A stretch of 64,000 nt of DNA. It comes from Escherichia coli. GTDB taxonomy: Bacteria > Pseudomonadota > Gammaproteobacteria > Enterobacterales > Enterobacteriaceae. Shown piece by piece: positions 20,639 through 33,390 of this stretch; position 1 is the first letter of the stretch, and every line of letters begins with the position of its first letter. The stretch lies in the NCBI RefSeq assembly GCF_003018255.1, contig NZ_CP027440.1. One strand, 5' to 3'. The notes beneath the pieces were generated by a model, which saw only the letters and a list, made by a program, of their open reading frames with translations, ran no database searches and was not told the DNA's origin. Both the position numbers and the translations under genes were made by a program.

Positions 20639-23049
20639 TTGCACGTTGGTTCTGGCGCGAATGGCGCTCGCCGTCGCTATTAATTGTCTGGCTGGCGCTA
20701 AGCCTGGCGGTGGCCTGCGTGCTGGCGCTGGGCAATATCAGCGATCGCATGGAGAAGGGCTTAAGCCAGCAAAGCCGGGAGTTTATGGCGGGCGATCGGG
20801 CGTTGCGCAGTTCACGCGAAGTGCCACAAGCGTGGCTGGAGGAAGCGCAAAAGCGCGGCCTGAAAGTCGGCAAGCAGCTGACTTTCGCCACAATGACCTT
20901 TGCAGGCGACACACCGCAGCTGGCGAACGTCAAAGCGGTGGATGATATCTACCCGATGTATGGCGATCTGCAAACTAATCCCCCTGGCCTGAAACCGCAG
21001 GCGGGCAGCGTATTGCTGGCCCCACGCCTGATGGCACTGCTTAACCTGAAAACAGGCGACACCATCGACGTGGGTGATGCCACCTTGCGGATTGCCGGAG
21101 AAGTGATTCAGGAACCGGATTCCGGTTTTAACCCCTTCCAGATGGCTCCGCGTCTGATGATGAATCTGGCGGATGTCGATAAAACCGGAGCCGTGCAGCC
21201 GGGGAGTCGGGTCACCTGGCGCTATAAATTCGGCGGCAGCGAGAACCAGCTCGACGGCTATGAGAAATGGTTGTTACCCCAGCTTAAACCTGAACAACGC
21301 TGGTACGGTCTGGAACAGGACGAAGGCGCGCTGGGGCGATCGATAGAACGTTCGCAACAGTTCCTGCTGCTTTCGGCGCTTCTGACCTTGCTGCTGGCGG
21401 TGGCGGCGGTTGCGGTGGCGATGAATCATTACTGTCGCAGTCGCTACGACTTGGTGGCGATCCTCAAGACGCTGGGGGCAGGGCGAGCGCAACTGCGTAA
21501 GTTAATCGTCGGTCAGTGGTTGATGGTGCTGGCGCTTTCAGCCGTTACCGGTGGTGCGATAGGCCTGTTGTTCGAAAACGTGTTGATGGTGCTGCTCAAG
21601 CCCGTTTTGCCTGCTGCACTACCGCCAGCCAGCCTCTGGCCGTGGTTGTGGGCGCTGGGCACCATGACGGTCATCTCGCTGCTGGTGGGGCTACGACCGT
21701 ACCGCTTGTTGCTGGCAACGCAGCCTTTACGCGTATTACGTAATGATGTGGTCGCGAACGTCTGGCCGCTGAAGTTTTATCTGCCGATTGTCAGTGTGGT
21801 GGTTGTGCTGCTGCTCGCCGGATTAATGGGTGGCAGCATGCTGCTTTGGGCGGTGCTGGCGGGCGCGGTAGTACTGGCTTTGCTGTGCGGTGTGCTGGGC
21901 TGGATGCTGCTGAATGTACTTCGCCGCATGACGCTGAAATCGCTACCTCTGCGCCTGGCGGTTAGCCGCCTGTTACGTCAGCCGTGGTCAACGTTAAGCC
22001 AGCTTTCGGCATTTTCGCTCTCCTTTATGCTGCTGGCGCTGTTGCTGGTATTGCGTGGCGATCTGCTCGACCGCTGGCAGCAGCAGCTACCTCCAGAAAG
22101 CCCGAACTACTTTTTAATTAACATCGCCACAGAACAGGTAGCACCGCTAAAAGCGTTCCTCGCGGAACATCAGATAGTCCCGGAATCGTTTTATCCGGTG
22201 GTGCGGGCGCGGCTGACGGCGATTAACGATAAGCCGACAGAAGGCAATGAAGATGAGGCGCTCAATCGCGAACTCAATCTTACCTGGCAAAATACGCGGC
22301 CCGATCATAATCCGATTGTCGCCGGTAACTGGCCGCCAAAAGCCGATGAAGTGTCGATGGAAGAGGGGCTGGCGAAACGCTTAAACGTTGCCCTCGGTGA
22401 TACCGTGACTTTTATGGGCGATACCCAGGAGTTCCGCGCTAAAGTGACCAGCCTGCGCAAAGTGGACTGGGAAAGTCTGCGGCCTAATTTCTATTTTATT
22501 TTCCCTGAAGGGGCATTAGACGGGCAACCGCAGAGCTGGCTTACCAGTTTCCGCTGGGAGAATGGCAACGGCATGTTGACGCAACTCAACCGCCAGTTCC
22601 CTACTATTAGCCTGTTAGACATTGGCGCGATTTTAAAACAGGTCGGTCAGGTGCTGGAGCAGGTAAGTCGGGCGCTGGAGGTGATGGTGGTGCTGGTCAC
22701 CGCCTGCGGTATGTTGCTGTTGCTGGCACAGGTGCAGGTGGGAATGCGTCAGCGTCATCAGGAGCTGGTGGTGTGGCGCACACTCGGTGCGGGGAAAAAA
22801 CTGCTGCGTACCACGTTGTGGTGTGAGTTCGCCATGCTTGGGTTTGTTTCTGGCCTGGTAGCCGCAATTGGTGCGGAAACGGCGCTGGCAGTGTTGCAGG
22901 CGAAAGTGTTTGATTTTCCGTGGGAGCCAGACTGGCGATTGTGGATTGTGCTGCCGTGCAGCGGTGCACTGCTGCTGTCGCTTTTCGGCGGCTGGCTGGG
23001 TGCGCGACTGGTTAAGGGTAAGGCGCTGTTCAGGCAGTTTGCGGGATGA
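20635..23049 (+). CDS. ybbP: FtsX-like ABC transporter permease
   Basis: 804 aa, two FtsX-like membrane modules, start overlaps ybbA stop. Confidence 0.85.
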   Translation: MIARWFWREWRSPSLLIVWLALSLAVACVLALGNISDRMEKGLSQQSREFMAGDRALRSSREVPQAWLEEAQKRGLKVGKQLTFATMTFAGDTPQLANVKAVDDIYPMYGDLQTNPPGLKPQAGSVLLAPRLMALLNLKTGDTIDVGDATLRIAGEVIQEPDSGFNPFQMAPRLMMNLADVDKTGAVQPGSRVTWRYKFGGSENQLDGYEKWLLPQLKPEQRWYGLEQDEGALGRSIERSQQFLLLSALLTLLLAVAAVAVAMNHYCRSRYDLVAILKTLGAGRAQLRKLIVGQWLMVLALSAVTGGAIGLLFENVLMVLLKPVLPAALPPASLWPWLWALGTMTVISLLVGLRPYRLLLATQPLRVLRNDVVANVWPLKFYLPIVSVVVVLLLAGLMGGSMLLWAVLAGAVVLALLCGVLGWMLLNVLRRMTLKSLPLRLAVSRLLRQPWSTLSQLSAFSLSFMLLALLLVLRGDLLDRWQQQLPPESPNYFLINIATEQVAPLKAFLAEHQIVPESFYPVVRARLTAINDKPTEGNEDEALNRELNLTWQNTRPDHNPIVAGNWPPKADEVSMEEGLAKRLNVALGDTVTFMGDTQEFRAKVTSLRKVDWESLRPNFYFIFPEGALDGQPQSWLTSFRWENGNGMLTQLNRQFPTISLLDIGAILKQVGQVLEQVSRALEVMVVLVTACGMLLLLAQVQVGMRQRHQELVVWRTLGAGKKLLRTTLWCEFAMLGFVSGLVAAIGAETALAVLQAKVFDFPWEPDWRLWIVLPCSGALLLSLFGGWLGARLVKGKALFRQFAG

Positions 23050-23062
23050 TGAGAGTAAATAA

Positions 23063-23094
23063 GGGGCGTTCTGGTTGAATGGAACGCCTTGTTT
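23063..23094 (+). terminator. rho-independent terminator after ybbP
   Basis: hairpin ggcgttc...gaacgcc followed by ttgttt. Confidence 0.45.
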
Positions 23095-23477
23095 AAATTA
23101 ATTCTACAATATGTTTCATTGATGATGTTATTGAATTGGTGATTTCCTATCTTTCTATTGCTGATATTAATCTGAATCGGTGGAGTTTAATGATTTTAAA
23201 TATAGCCCTACAAAAATAACTCAGACTAATAAAATCATAAATCATATGCGTTGAATGGATATTATCCATATAGTGAATTTGTTGATAATGAATTCATCTG
23301 TGCTAAAAATGTTAGTTTAATAAAATATTGAAAGTGACCTGTAATAACAGTTGTTGTTGATTGAGAACAAATAAGTTTATGTGAAAAATATATAAATACA
23401 TTAGCTGGTCTTGTGTGTCATTTTATTTTTTTGTTGCTAACACAGGGATATGAACAATAACTAAAAGGGCACTTTAT

Positions 23478-24971
23478 ATGAGCGGAAAACCAGCGGCGCG
23501 TCAGGGAGATATGACTCAGTATGGCGGTCCCATTGTCCAGGGTTCGGCAGGTGTAAGAATTGGCGCGCCCACCGGCGTGGCGTGCTCGGTGTGTCCGGGC
23601 GGGATGACCTCGGGCAACCCGGTAAATCCGCTGCTGGGGGCGAAGGTGCTGCCCGGCGAGACGGACCTTGCGCTGCCCGGCCCGCTGCCGTTCATTCTCT
23701 CCCGCACCTACAGCAGCTACCGGACGAAGACGCCTGCGCCGGTGGGGATTTTTGGCCCCGGCTGGAAAGCGCCTTCTGATATCCGCTTACAGATACGCGA
23801 TGATGTACTGGTACTCAACGACAACGGCGGACGGAGCATTCACTTTGAGCCGCTGCTGCCGGGTGAGGCGGTGTACAGCCGCAGCGAGTCCCTGTGGCTG
23901 GTGCGTGGCGGTAAGGCAACGCAGCCGGACGGCCACACGCTGGCACGGCTGTGGGCGTCGCTGCCGCCGGATATCCGGTTAAGCCCGCATCTTTACCTGG
24001 CGACCAGCAGCGCACAGGGGCCGTGGTGGATACTGGGGTGGTCTGAGCGGGTGCCGGGTGCTGAGGACGTACTGCCAGCGCCGCTGCCGCCGTACCGGAT
24101 GCTTACCGGGCTGGCGGACCGCTTCGGGCAGACGCTGACGTACCGGCGTGAGGCCGCCGGTGACCTGGCCGGGGAAATCACCGGCGTGACGGACGGTGCC
24201 GGGCGGGAGTTCCGTCTGGTGCTGACCACGCAGGCGCAGCGGGCGGAAGAGGCCCGTAAACAGCACACCGCTTCCTTATTTTCCCCTGACACCCCCCGCC
24301 CTCTTTCAGACTCTGCGTTCCCCGACACACTGCCCGGTACGGAATACGGCCCCGACAGGGGCATCCGTCTTTCGGCGGTGTGGCTGATGCACGACCCGGC
24401 ATACCCGGAAAGCCTGCCCGGTGCGCCACTGGCGCGGTACACGTATACGGAAGCCGGTGAACTGCTGGCGGTATATGACCGCAGCAATACGCAGGTGCGC
24501 GCTTTCACGTATGACGCGCAGCACCCGGGCCGGATGGTGGGGCACCGTTATGCGGGAAGGCCGGAGATGCGCTACCGCTACGACGATGCGGGGCGGGTGG
24601 TGGAGCAGCTGAACCCGACAGGCCTGAGTTACCGCTACCAGTATGAGCAGGACCGCATCACCATCACGGACAGCCTGAACCGGCGAGAGGTGCTGCATAC
24701 AGAAGGCGGGGCCGGGCTGAAGCGGGTGGTGAAAAAAGAACTGGCGGACGGCAGCGTCACGCACAGCGGGTATGACGCGGCAGGAAGGCTCACGGCACAG
24801 ACGGACGCGGCGGGACGGCGGACAGAGTACGGCCTGAATGTGGTGTCCGGCGATATCACGGATATCACCACGCCGGACGGGCGGGAGACGAAATTTTACT
24901 ATAACGACGGGAACCAGTTAACGGCGGTGGTGTCCTTGACCCACGATATTCAGACAGTCGTTGTATCTTAA
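23478..24971 (+). pseudogene. rhsD: rhs (RhsD-like) N-terminal portion, interrupted by IS insertion
   Basis: MSGKPAARQGDMTQYGGPIVQGSAGV... Rhs N-terminus and YD-repeat core; frame runs into IS end and stops at 24971. Confidence 0.85.
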
Positions 24972-25849
24972 GTTGACGTTACCCGCTGACGTCGATATTC
25001 CCTTGGTGAGAGATAACCTAACGCACTATGCGGATGGGTTTCATTGTAATGCTCGATCGCCACTGCAAGGTTATGCAATGCCGTTCTTACATTCGGTTTC
25101 GGCATGAACGCGATGTAGTCTTCTTTCATCGTTTTCACGAACCTTTCTGCCATTCCATTGCTCTGAGGGCTACTGACTGCCGTTGTGCAGGGCTCCAGAT
25201 TCAACTCTCTGGCGAACTGCCGTGTTTCATGAGCTGTATAAGCCGAACCGTTATCAGTCAGCCACTGGATTGGCCGTTCCGCTCCTTTATCGCCAAAGCG
25301 TTTTTCTATTGCTCCTAACATGACATCCTGCACCGTTGCTTTGTCATAACCTCCCGTGCTTGCGGCCCAGTCTATGGCTTCACGATCGCAACAGTCCAGT
25401 GCGAACGTGACACGCAGTTTTGCGCCATCATCACAACCGAACTCAAAGCCATCGGAACACCAGCGCTGGTCGCTTTCCTTCACCGATATTCGGCCTTTAT
25501 GTTCCCGCTGCGGCCGTGAAGGTTTGTCATGTAACAACAACAGGTTATTTTCGCTCATTATCCGATAAACGCGCTTTGCATTCACGAACGGCACTCCTTT
25601 GTTACGGGACTGTCGTCTGAGAATGGCCCAGACACGACGATAGCCATATGTCGGCATATCGCTGATGATATCAAGGATACGTGCTAACACTTCCGCATCC
25701 GCAGCCTCATCACATCTGCGACGACGTTTATTCGGCTTATTACCAGATGTTTTCATCCGTTGTGCCAGTTGCGCACGCGACACGCCCAGAATACGGCTTA
25801 CCAGGGTTATTCCTTGTCCGTTGGCAACAAGGGCGCATGCGCTATCCAT
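24968..25849 (-). CDS. IS3-family transposase OrfB (DDE integrase core)
   Basis: 293 aa, recognised as IS2 InsD-like (recalled similarity). Confidence 0.85.
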   Translation of the reverse strand: MDSACALVANGQGITLVSRILGVSRAQLAQRMKTSGNKPNKRRRRCDEAADAEVLARILDIISDMPTYGYRRVWAILRRQSRNKGVPFVNAKRVYRIMSENNLLLLHDKPSRPQREHKGRISVKESDQRWCSDGFEFGCDDGAKLRVTFALDCCDREAIDWAASTGGYDKATVQDVMLGAIEKRFGDKGAERPIQWLTDNGSAYTAHETRQFARELNLEPCTTAVSSPQSNGMAERFVKTMKEDYIAFMPKPNVRTALHNLAVAIEHYNETHPHSALGYLSPREYRRQRVTST

Positions 25850-26232
25850 TTTCGCGACTGACCATACTCCACCGCTTCTTTGAGGATCTCAACTTCCATG
25901 GTTTTCTTACCCAGCAAGCGCTGTAACTCTTTTATTTGTTTTATAGCGGCAGCCAGTTCTGAGGCAGGAACGACATCCTCTCCGGCAGCAACAGCAGTGA
26001 GACTTCCTTCCAGATATTGTTTTTTCCACTTAAACAACAGGCTGGGCTGAATACCATGCAAACGCGCCACATGGGACACCGTCATACCGGGTTCCATTGT
26101 CTGCTGAATAATGGCGATTTTTTCCTGAGGAGTTTTACGTTTACGAAGCTCCTGCCCCAGCAAAATTCCAGTCATCTCAAAATTAGCACTAGTAGACATA
26201 TATCCAAGCCTATCTCTTATTTTAAGATACAT
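25807..26232 (-). CDS. IS3-family transposase OrfA (HTH)
   Basis: recognised as IS2 InsC-like (...[10 protein letters not shown]...[13 protein letters not shown]...); overlaps orfB. Confidence 0.8.
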   Translation of the reverse strand: MYLKIRDRLGYMSTSANFEMTGILLGQELRKRKTPQEKIAIIQQTMEPGMTVSHVARLHGIQPSLLFKWKKQYLEGSLTAVAAGEDVVPASELAAAIKQIKELQRLLGKKTMEVEILKEAVEYGQSRKWIAHAPLLPTDKE

Positions 26233-26263
26233 CCACTGTCTGGCGTTTCAAGGGGCCGGTTCA

Positions 26264-29038
26264 CAGTTAACGGCGGTGGTGTACCCGGACGGGCTGGAGA
26301 GCAGCCGGGCATATGATGAGCTGGACAGACTGGTATCGGAGACATCGCGCAGCGGGGAGACAGTACGCTACCGCTACGATGACGTGCACAGTGAGTTACC
26401 GGCGACGACAACGGATGCGACGGGCAGCACCCGGCAGATGACCTGGAGCCGCTACGGGCAGTTGCTGGCCTTCACCGACTGCTCGGGCTACCAGACCCGC
26501 TATGAATACGACCACTTTGGTCAGATGACGGCGGTCCATCGTGAGGAAGGCATCAGCACGTACAATACCTATAACCCGCGCGGCCAGCTGGTCAGCCGGA
26601 AAGACGCACAGGGCCGTGAAACGCGGTATGAATACAACGCCGCAGGCGACCTGACTGCCGTTATCACCCCGGACGGCAACCGGAGCGAGACACAGTACGA
26701 TGCGTGGGGAAAGGCGGTCAGCACCACGCAGGGCGGGCTGACGCGCAGTATGGAGTACGATGCTGCCGGACGTGTCATCAGCCTGACCAACGAGAACGGC
26801 AGTCACAGCGACTTCAGCTACGATACGCTTGACCGGCTGGTACAGCAGCGCGGCTTTGACGGGCGGACGCAACGTTATCATTATGACCTGACCGGAAAAC
26901 TCACGCAGAGTGAAGATGAGGGGCTTGTCATCCTCTGGTACTACGATGAATCGGACCGTATCACTCACCGCACGGTGAACGGCGAACCGGCAGAGCAGTG
27001 GCAGTATGATGGCCACGGCTGGCTGAGAGAAATCAGCCACCTGAGCGAAGGCCACCGTGTTGCCGTCCACTATGGCTACGACGATAAGGGCCGTCTGACC
27101 GGGGAGCGCCAGACGGTGGAGAACCCGGAGACGGGGGAACTGCTGTGGCAGCATGAGACGAAACAGGCATACAACGAACAGGGGCTGGCAAACCGCGTCA
27201 CGCCGGACAGCCTGCCGCCGGTGGAGTGGCTGGCCTATGGCAGCGGTTATCTGGCGGGCATGAAGCTGGGCGGGACGCCGCTGCTGGAGTACACGCGCGA
27301 CCGCCTGCACCGGGAGACGGTGCGCAGCTTCGGCAGCATGGCAGGCAATACAGCCGCATATGAACTGACCAGCACTTACACCCCCGCAGGCCAGTTACAG
27401 AGCCGGCACCTGAACAGCCTGGTGTTTGATTGTGACTATAACTGGAATGACAACGGCGACCTGATGCGCATCAGCGGCCCGCGACAGACGCGGGAATACG
27501 GCTACAGCGCCACGGGCAGGCTGGAGAGCGTGCGCACCCTCGCACCGGACCTGGACATCCGCATCCCGTATGCCACCGACCCGGCGGGCAACCGGCTGCC
27601 GGACCCGGAGCTGCACCCGGACAGTACACTCACAGTGTGGCCGGATAACCGAATCACCGAAGACGCGCACTACCTGTACCGTTACGATGAATACGGCAGG
27701 CTGGCGGAGAAGACGGACCGCATCCCGGCGGGTGTGATACGGACGGACGACGAGCGGACCCACCACTACCACTACGACAGCCAGCACCGCCTGGTGTTCT
27801 ATACGCGGATACAGCATGGCGAGCCACTGGTCGAGAGCCGCTACCTTTACGACCCGCTGGGCCGCCGGACGGGTAAACGGGTGTGGCGTCGCGGGCGTGA
27901 CCTGACAGGATGGATGTCGCTGTCGCGTAAACCGGAGGAGACGTGGTACGGGTGGGACGGCGACAGGCTGACGACGGTGCAGACTGACAGCACGCGTATC
28001 CAGACGGTGTACCAGCCGGGAAGCTTCACACCGCTCATCCGCATCGAAACAGACGTGACCGAACTGGAGAAAGCGCAGCGGCGGAGCCTGGCGGAGAAGC
28101 TCCAGCAGGAAGGGAGCGAGGACGGACACGGCGTGGTGTTCCCGGCTGAACTGGTGCGGCTGCTGGACAGGCTGGAGGAAGAAATCCGGACAGACCGCGT
28201 GAGCAGTGAAAGCCGGGCGTGGCTTGCGCAGTGCGGGCTGACGGTGGAGCAACTGGAAAAACAGGTGGAGCCGGAATATACACCGGCGCGAAAAGTTCAT
28301 CTTTACCACTGCGACCACCGGGGCCTGCCGCTGGCGCTTATCAGCGAAGACGGCAATACGGTGTGGAGCGCGGAGTATGATGAATGGGGAAACCTGCTTA
28401 ATGAGGAGAACCCGCATCATGTGTATCAGTCATACCGTCTGCCGGGGCAGCAGCATGATGAGGAGTCGGGGCTGTACTACAACCGGAACCGGTACTACAA
28501 TCCGTTGCTGGGACGATATATTACTCAGGACCCGATTGGGCTGGCGGGGGGATGGAGTCTGTATGCGTATCCGCTGAATCCGGTGAATGGTATTGATCCA
28601 TTAGGATTAAGTCCTGCAGATGTAGCGTTAATGCGAAAAAAAGAACAATTAAACCATCAAAGAGCATGGGATATATTATCTGATACTTATGATGATATGA
28701 AGAGATTAAATTTAGGTGGGACTGATCAATTTTTCCATTGTATGGCATTTTGTCGAGTGTCTAAATTAAATGACGCTGGTGTTAGCCGATCAGCGAAAGG
28801 GCTGGGTTATGAAAAAGAGATTAGAGATTACGGGTTAAATATGTTCGGTATGTACGGCAGAAAAGTAAAGTTATCCCATTCTGAGATGATTGAAGATAAT
28901 AAAAAAGACTTGGCTGTAAATGAACATGGGTTGACATGTCCATTAACACAAGATTGCTCAAATAGATGTATTGATTATATTAATCCAGAGCATAAAAAAA
29001 CGATAAAGGCTTTACAAGATGCTGGCTATCTCAAGTAA
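26264..29038 (+). pseudogene. rhsD: rhs C-terminal portion: YD-repeat core, DPxGL boundary, variable toxin tip
   Basis: reading frame resumes ...[14 protein letters not shown]... immediately after the IS; no native start codon. Confidence 0.85.
28610..29038 (+). other. Rhs C-terminal variable (toxin) domain, unrecognised family
   Basis: begins just after DPLGL (about 28595-28609); sequence turns abruptly AT-rich; His/Cys-containing ...[10 protein letters not shown]...[11 protein letters not shown]... Confidence 0.5.
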
Positions 29039-29048
29039 CATCTCAAAG

Positions 29049-29510
29049 ATGGTAATATTTATTTTTGCTATTATAATCGTTGTTTTTTTATGCGTGACTA
29101 CTTATCTTTATTTACACAAAGATGAATCTCTTGTAAGTAAGCATTACATAAACTATATGGCAATACCAGAAAGTGATGGGGTTTTTACATGGCTCCCAGA
29201 TTTTTTTCCGCACGTAGCGGTGGATATATCAATATCCACAAATGTAGAAGATGATTATTTTTTTTCTTATTTTTCCCTAACAATCGATGATGGGGGGAGG
29301 TTTAAGAAAACATTGACTGTGAGGGCCAGGGAACAAGTGGCGAAAATCGTATCAGAGAATGATCCAGATACAAAAAAAGTGTGGTGTAAATATGGTAAAA
29401 TACCAGGGCAAGGGGATAGCGTAAACCTTTTTTTTGTTGGTGAAATTAATGTTACGCATTATTTTATAACAAATATTGGAGCTGGGTTACCTGATGCTTG
29501 TGCAGAGTAA
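29049..29510 (+). CDS. putative Rhs immunity protein (hypothetical, N-terminal TM helix)
   Basis: AT-rich ORF directly after rhs stop; start taken at MVIFIF. Confidence 0.5.
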   Translation: MVIFIFAIIIVVFLCVTTYLYLHKDESLVSKHYINYMAIPESDGVFTWLPDFFPHVAVDISISTNVEDDYFFSYFSLTIDDGGRFKKTLTVRAREQVAKIVSENDPDTKKVWCKYGKIPGQGDSVNLFFVGEINVTHYFITNIGAGLPDACAE

Positions 29511-29877
29511 TTGCTTGAATTAAGAGTCTATCCCATATCGAAGTCGTCAACTTCGTAGTGAGGAAAAGTATAATCCCTGACTGAGAAAAGACATGTCGGC
29601 TATTGTGTAAAGCCATATAGCTCAGACGATGAATATCTACTCGTATTCAGTTGTTTATTGAGGGTGAGTTCCGACCCTGAAACAACAAATAAAATGAACA
29701 GCCAGAGAGTTTACATAGAATTGCACTGGTCTTTTACGATATCTGACATTGTGTAATACATATTCAGCCATGCATTAATTAAAATGTTACGTGTTTAATG
29801 TGAGTCCCTATCTGAAAATAAATAATCCTTCCGGATTAAAATAAATTCTCGCCGGGAAAGAAAGAGGAAATAAACCA

Positions 29878-29975
29878 TTAGCGGAAAACCAGCGGCACGC
29901 CAGGGTGACATGCCCCAGTACGGCGGCCCGATAGTCCAGGGTTCAGCGGGGGTACTGATAGTCGCGCCGACTGCA
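29878..29975 (+). pseudogene. orphan Rhs N-terminal fragment
   Basis: DNA near-identical to rhs 5' end (encodes ..PAARQGDMPQYGGPIVQGSAGV..) but ATG mutated to att. Confidence 0.5.
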
Positions 29976-30024
29976 TCGAGAACTCCATACAACTTTTTAC
30001 GGAACGTCACCTGATAAAATTTGT

Positions 30025-30432
30025 TCAGTATCGTCTTTTGAGATTCTCAAGGTTATGGAGTAACCAGACAGAACGGACACCACTGTCGGAGATAAAAACC
30101 CCCTGTTTACGCAGCTCGTTGCTGGCCCGGTGCTGACCATGTGTCGGGAAAGCGACGGCGTAATCAACAACAGCCTGTTCAATTGCCTCATCGGTACGGT
30201 TCTTAAGGTTAGGAGCGCGGCGACTACGATTAATCTGCGCATCCACACCGCCTTCAGCGGCCAGTTCGCGGTAACGATAAAACGTATCACGCGAAACGCC
30301 CATGATTTTACAGGCTTTTGATACGTTGCTGAGTTCTTCAGCCAGATTGAGCAAACCGGCTTTGTGTTTGATGACGGGATTGGCAGTATGAAGCATGAGA
30401 GTTACCTCTTGTTTTGGATAAGGATTCGACAC
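30025..30432 (-). pseudogene. transposase N-terminal (HTH) remnant
   Basis: 135 aa ORF with HTH transposase-like N-terminus (..ACKIMGVSRDTFYRYREL..) and no catalytic domain. Confidence 0.5.
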
Positions 30433-30511
30433 TCATATCAAAACCGGTAACTCTCAACCTTTCAAGGCCATGTGTCAGATCAAGTCGCGACTAATACAAA
30501 TACGTCCCTCA

Positions 30512-31621
<1,110 letters not shown>

Positions 31622-31674
31622 TCAAATCAGCTTGCGCGCTATTTTACGCGCCAACGCGCAAGGAAACTTGATTT

Positions 31675-32601
31675 TTAACTGCGTGGGTTGCCGAAAATTT
31701 CTAAAAATCCGCTGATTTCCGGCCTGCGCTGGGTAAACAAGGTCACAATATCTTCTATCGCTTTGCCGCTGCCAAATTTGCGCCATGCCAGACTCAATGG
31801 TGAAGGAGGGCGCATCGTTGGGATTACCCGGCTGACCAGTTGTTGATTATCGATCATTGACTGGCAAAGTGATTTTGGCAAAAAACCAATGCCAACGCCC
31901 GCCAGATGGGCGGCGATTTTCGTTTCCATATCGGGAACAATAATCTCTTTTTGCCCCGGCAATCGCCAGGCGACGCGTTTGGTTAGTGTGCGGGCGCTGT
32001 CTTCAATATTAACCGCCGGAAAGCGCCGCAACTGTGCTTCTGTTAGCGGCTCTTCAACGTTCGCCAGCGGATGATCCGCCGCCATGACAAAGCGCCATTG
32101 CACCGATCCTAAGGGATCAAGACTAAAGGTATTTGCCAGCGCCTCGGTTCCCGTGACGCCGATAGCCAGTGAAAAACCTTCGTATAATAGCGAATCCCAG
32201 ACGCCCATATAGATTTGTCGGGAGATGTGAAATTGGGTAAACGGGTAACGTTCATTTAGCCACGCCAGCAGCCTGGCAACGGCCTGAGGGTTATAGAGCA
32301 GGTTGTTGATGACGATATTCACCTGGCGTTCCACGCCATCATTCACCTGTTGTAACTCGCTGGGCATACTTTCCAGCCAGCTCAGCCAGTCTCTGGCCTG
32401 ACAAAGTAGATGCTCGCCAGCCGCCGTCAACGTCACGCTACGAGTCGTACGGAAAAACAGCGCTACTCCGGTATTCTCTTCCAGAAGTTTAATGCGATAA
32501 CTGATCGTCGCCGTGGTTTTACATAATCGTTCTGCCGCTTTTGAAAAACTTCCTGTTTCAGCAACCGCAATGAAAGTCCGCAAGGTTTCTGGATCGAACA
32601 T
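31675..32601 (-). CDS. allS: LysR-family activator of allantoin genes
   Basis: 308 aa, N-terminal LysR HTH, divergent from allA. Confidence 0.9.
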   Translation of the reverse strand: MFDPETLRTFIAVAETGSFSKAAERLCKTTATISYRIKLLEENTGVALFFRTTRSVTLTAAGEHLLCQARDWLSWLESMPSELQQVNDGVERQVNIVINNLLYNPQAVARLLAWLNERYPFTQFHISRQIYMGVWDSLLYEGFSLAIGVTGTEALANTFSLDPLGSVQWRFVMAADHPLANVEEPLTEAQLRRFPAVNIEDSARTLTKRVAWRLPGQKEIIVPDMETKIAAHLAGVGIGFLPKSLCQSMIDNQQLVSRVIPTMRPPSPLSLAWRKFGSGKAIEDIVTLFTQRRPEISGFLEIFGNPRS

Positions 32602-32708
32602 CTTCAGGTATCCCCTTTTAAATCCGCAAGTTGCGTGATTTTCTTATCCTCTGATTTATCAGTATTTTTACATGATAACCCTGTTCAATTTGTGGACTAA
32701 ATCTAGTT

Positions 32709-32725
32709 TTGGAAAAATATTCCAA
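32709..32725. promoter_or_regulatory. candidate AllR operator in allS-allA intergenic region
   Basis: dyad ttggaaaaatattccaa. Confidence 0.5.
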
Positions 32726-32830
32726 CTTTTGTATTGATGTTGTTCTCTTAAGGTTTTAGATTGCCTGTTATTGAAACCAAGCTGACCGGTCGGCGGTGGT
32801 TGAACGGAATTATGTTACAAGGACAAAGAG

Positions 32831-33313
32831 ATGAAACTTCAGGTATTACCGTTAAGTCAGGAAGCCTTTAGTGCTTATGGCGACGTAATCGAAACGCAGC
32901 AACGGGATTTTTTCCATATTAACAATGGTCTGGTGGAGCGTTACCACGATTTGGCGCTGGTTGAGATTCTTGAGCAAGACCGTACGCTTATCAGCATTAA
33001 CCGCGCGCAACCGGCGAATCTGCCGCTGACCCTTCACGAACTCGAACGTCATCCGCTGGGTACTCAGGCCTTTATCCCGATGAAAGGTGAAGTGTTTGTG
33101 GTGGTCGTGGCGTTAGGTGACGACAAACCAGACCTGTCAACCCTGCGGGCGTTTATTACCAACGGTGAACAGGGAGTGAATTACCATCGTAACGTCTGGC
33201 ATCACCCACTTTTCGCCTGGCAGCGCGTCACCGATTTTCTGACCATCGATCGCGGCGGCAGTGACAACTGTGATGTTGAAAGTATTCCTGAACAGGAACT
33301 CTGTTTTTCGTGA
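32831..33313 (+). CDS. allA: ureidoglycolate lyase
   Basis: 160 aa, conserved position. Confidence 0.9.
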   Translation: MKLQVLPLSQEAFSAYGDVIETQQRDFFHINNGLVERYHDLALVEILEQDRTLISINRAQPANLPLTLHELERHPLGTQAFIPMKGEVFVVVVALGDDKPDLSTLRAFITNGEQGVNYHRNVWHHPLFAWQRVTDFLTIDRGGSDNCDVESIPEQELCFS

Positions 33314-33390
33314 CGCCTGCAACCGACTTGCATAAGATAAACGAATTGTTCATTGTTTATGCTCATTTGTAGGTCGGAGTTAACGTAGGT

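Larger units (their letters stand above)
24931..26263 (-). mobile_element. IS2-like insertion sequence (IS3 family) inserted in rhs
   Basis: ~1.33 kb, two overlapping transposase ORFs, terminal inverted repeats resembling IS2 ends (..cagacagt..tgtatcttaa..). Confidence 0.8.

Noticed and set aside
23516-28577. Numerous Arg/Pro/Ala-rich ORFs overlapping rhs on both strands
   Set aside because: Artefacts of the GC-rich YD-repeat region; the single long rhs frame explains the sequence.
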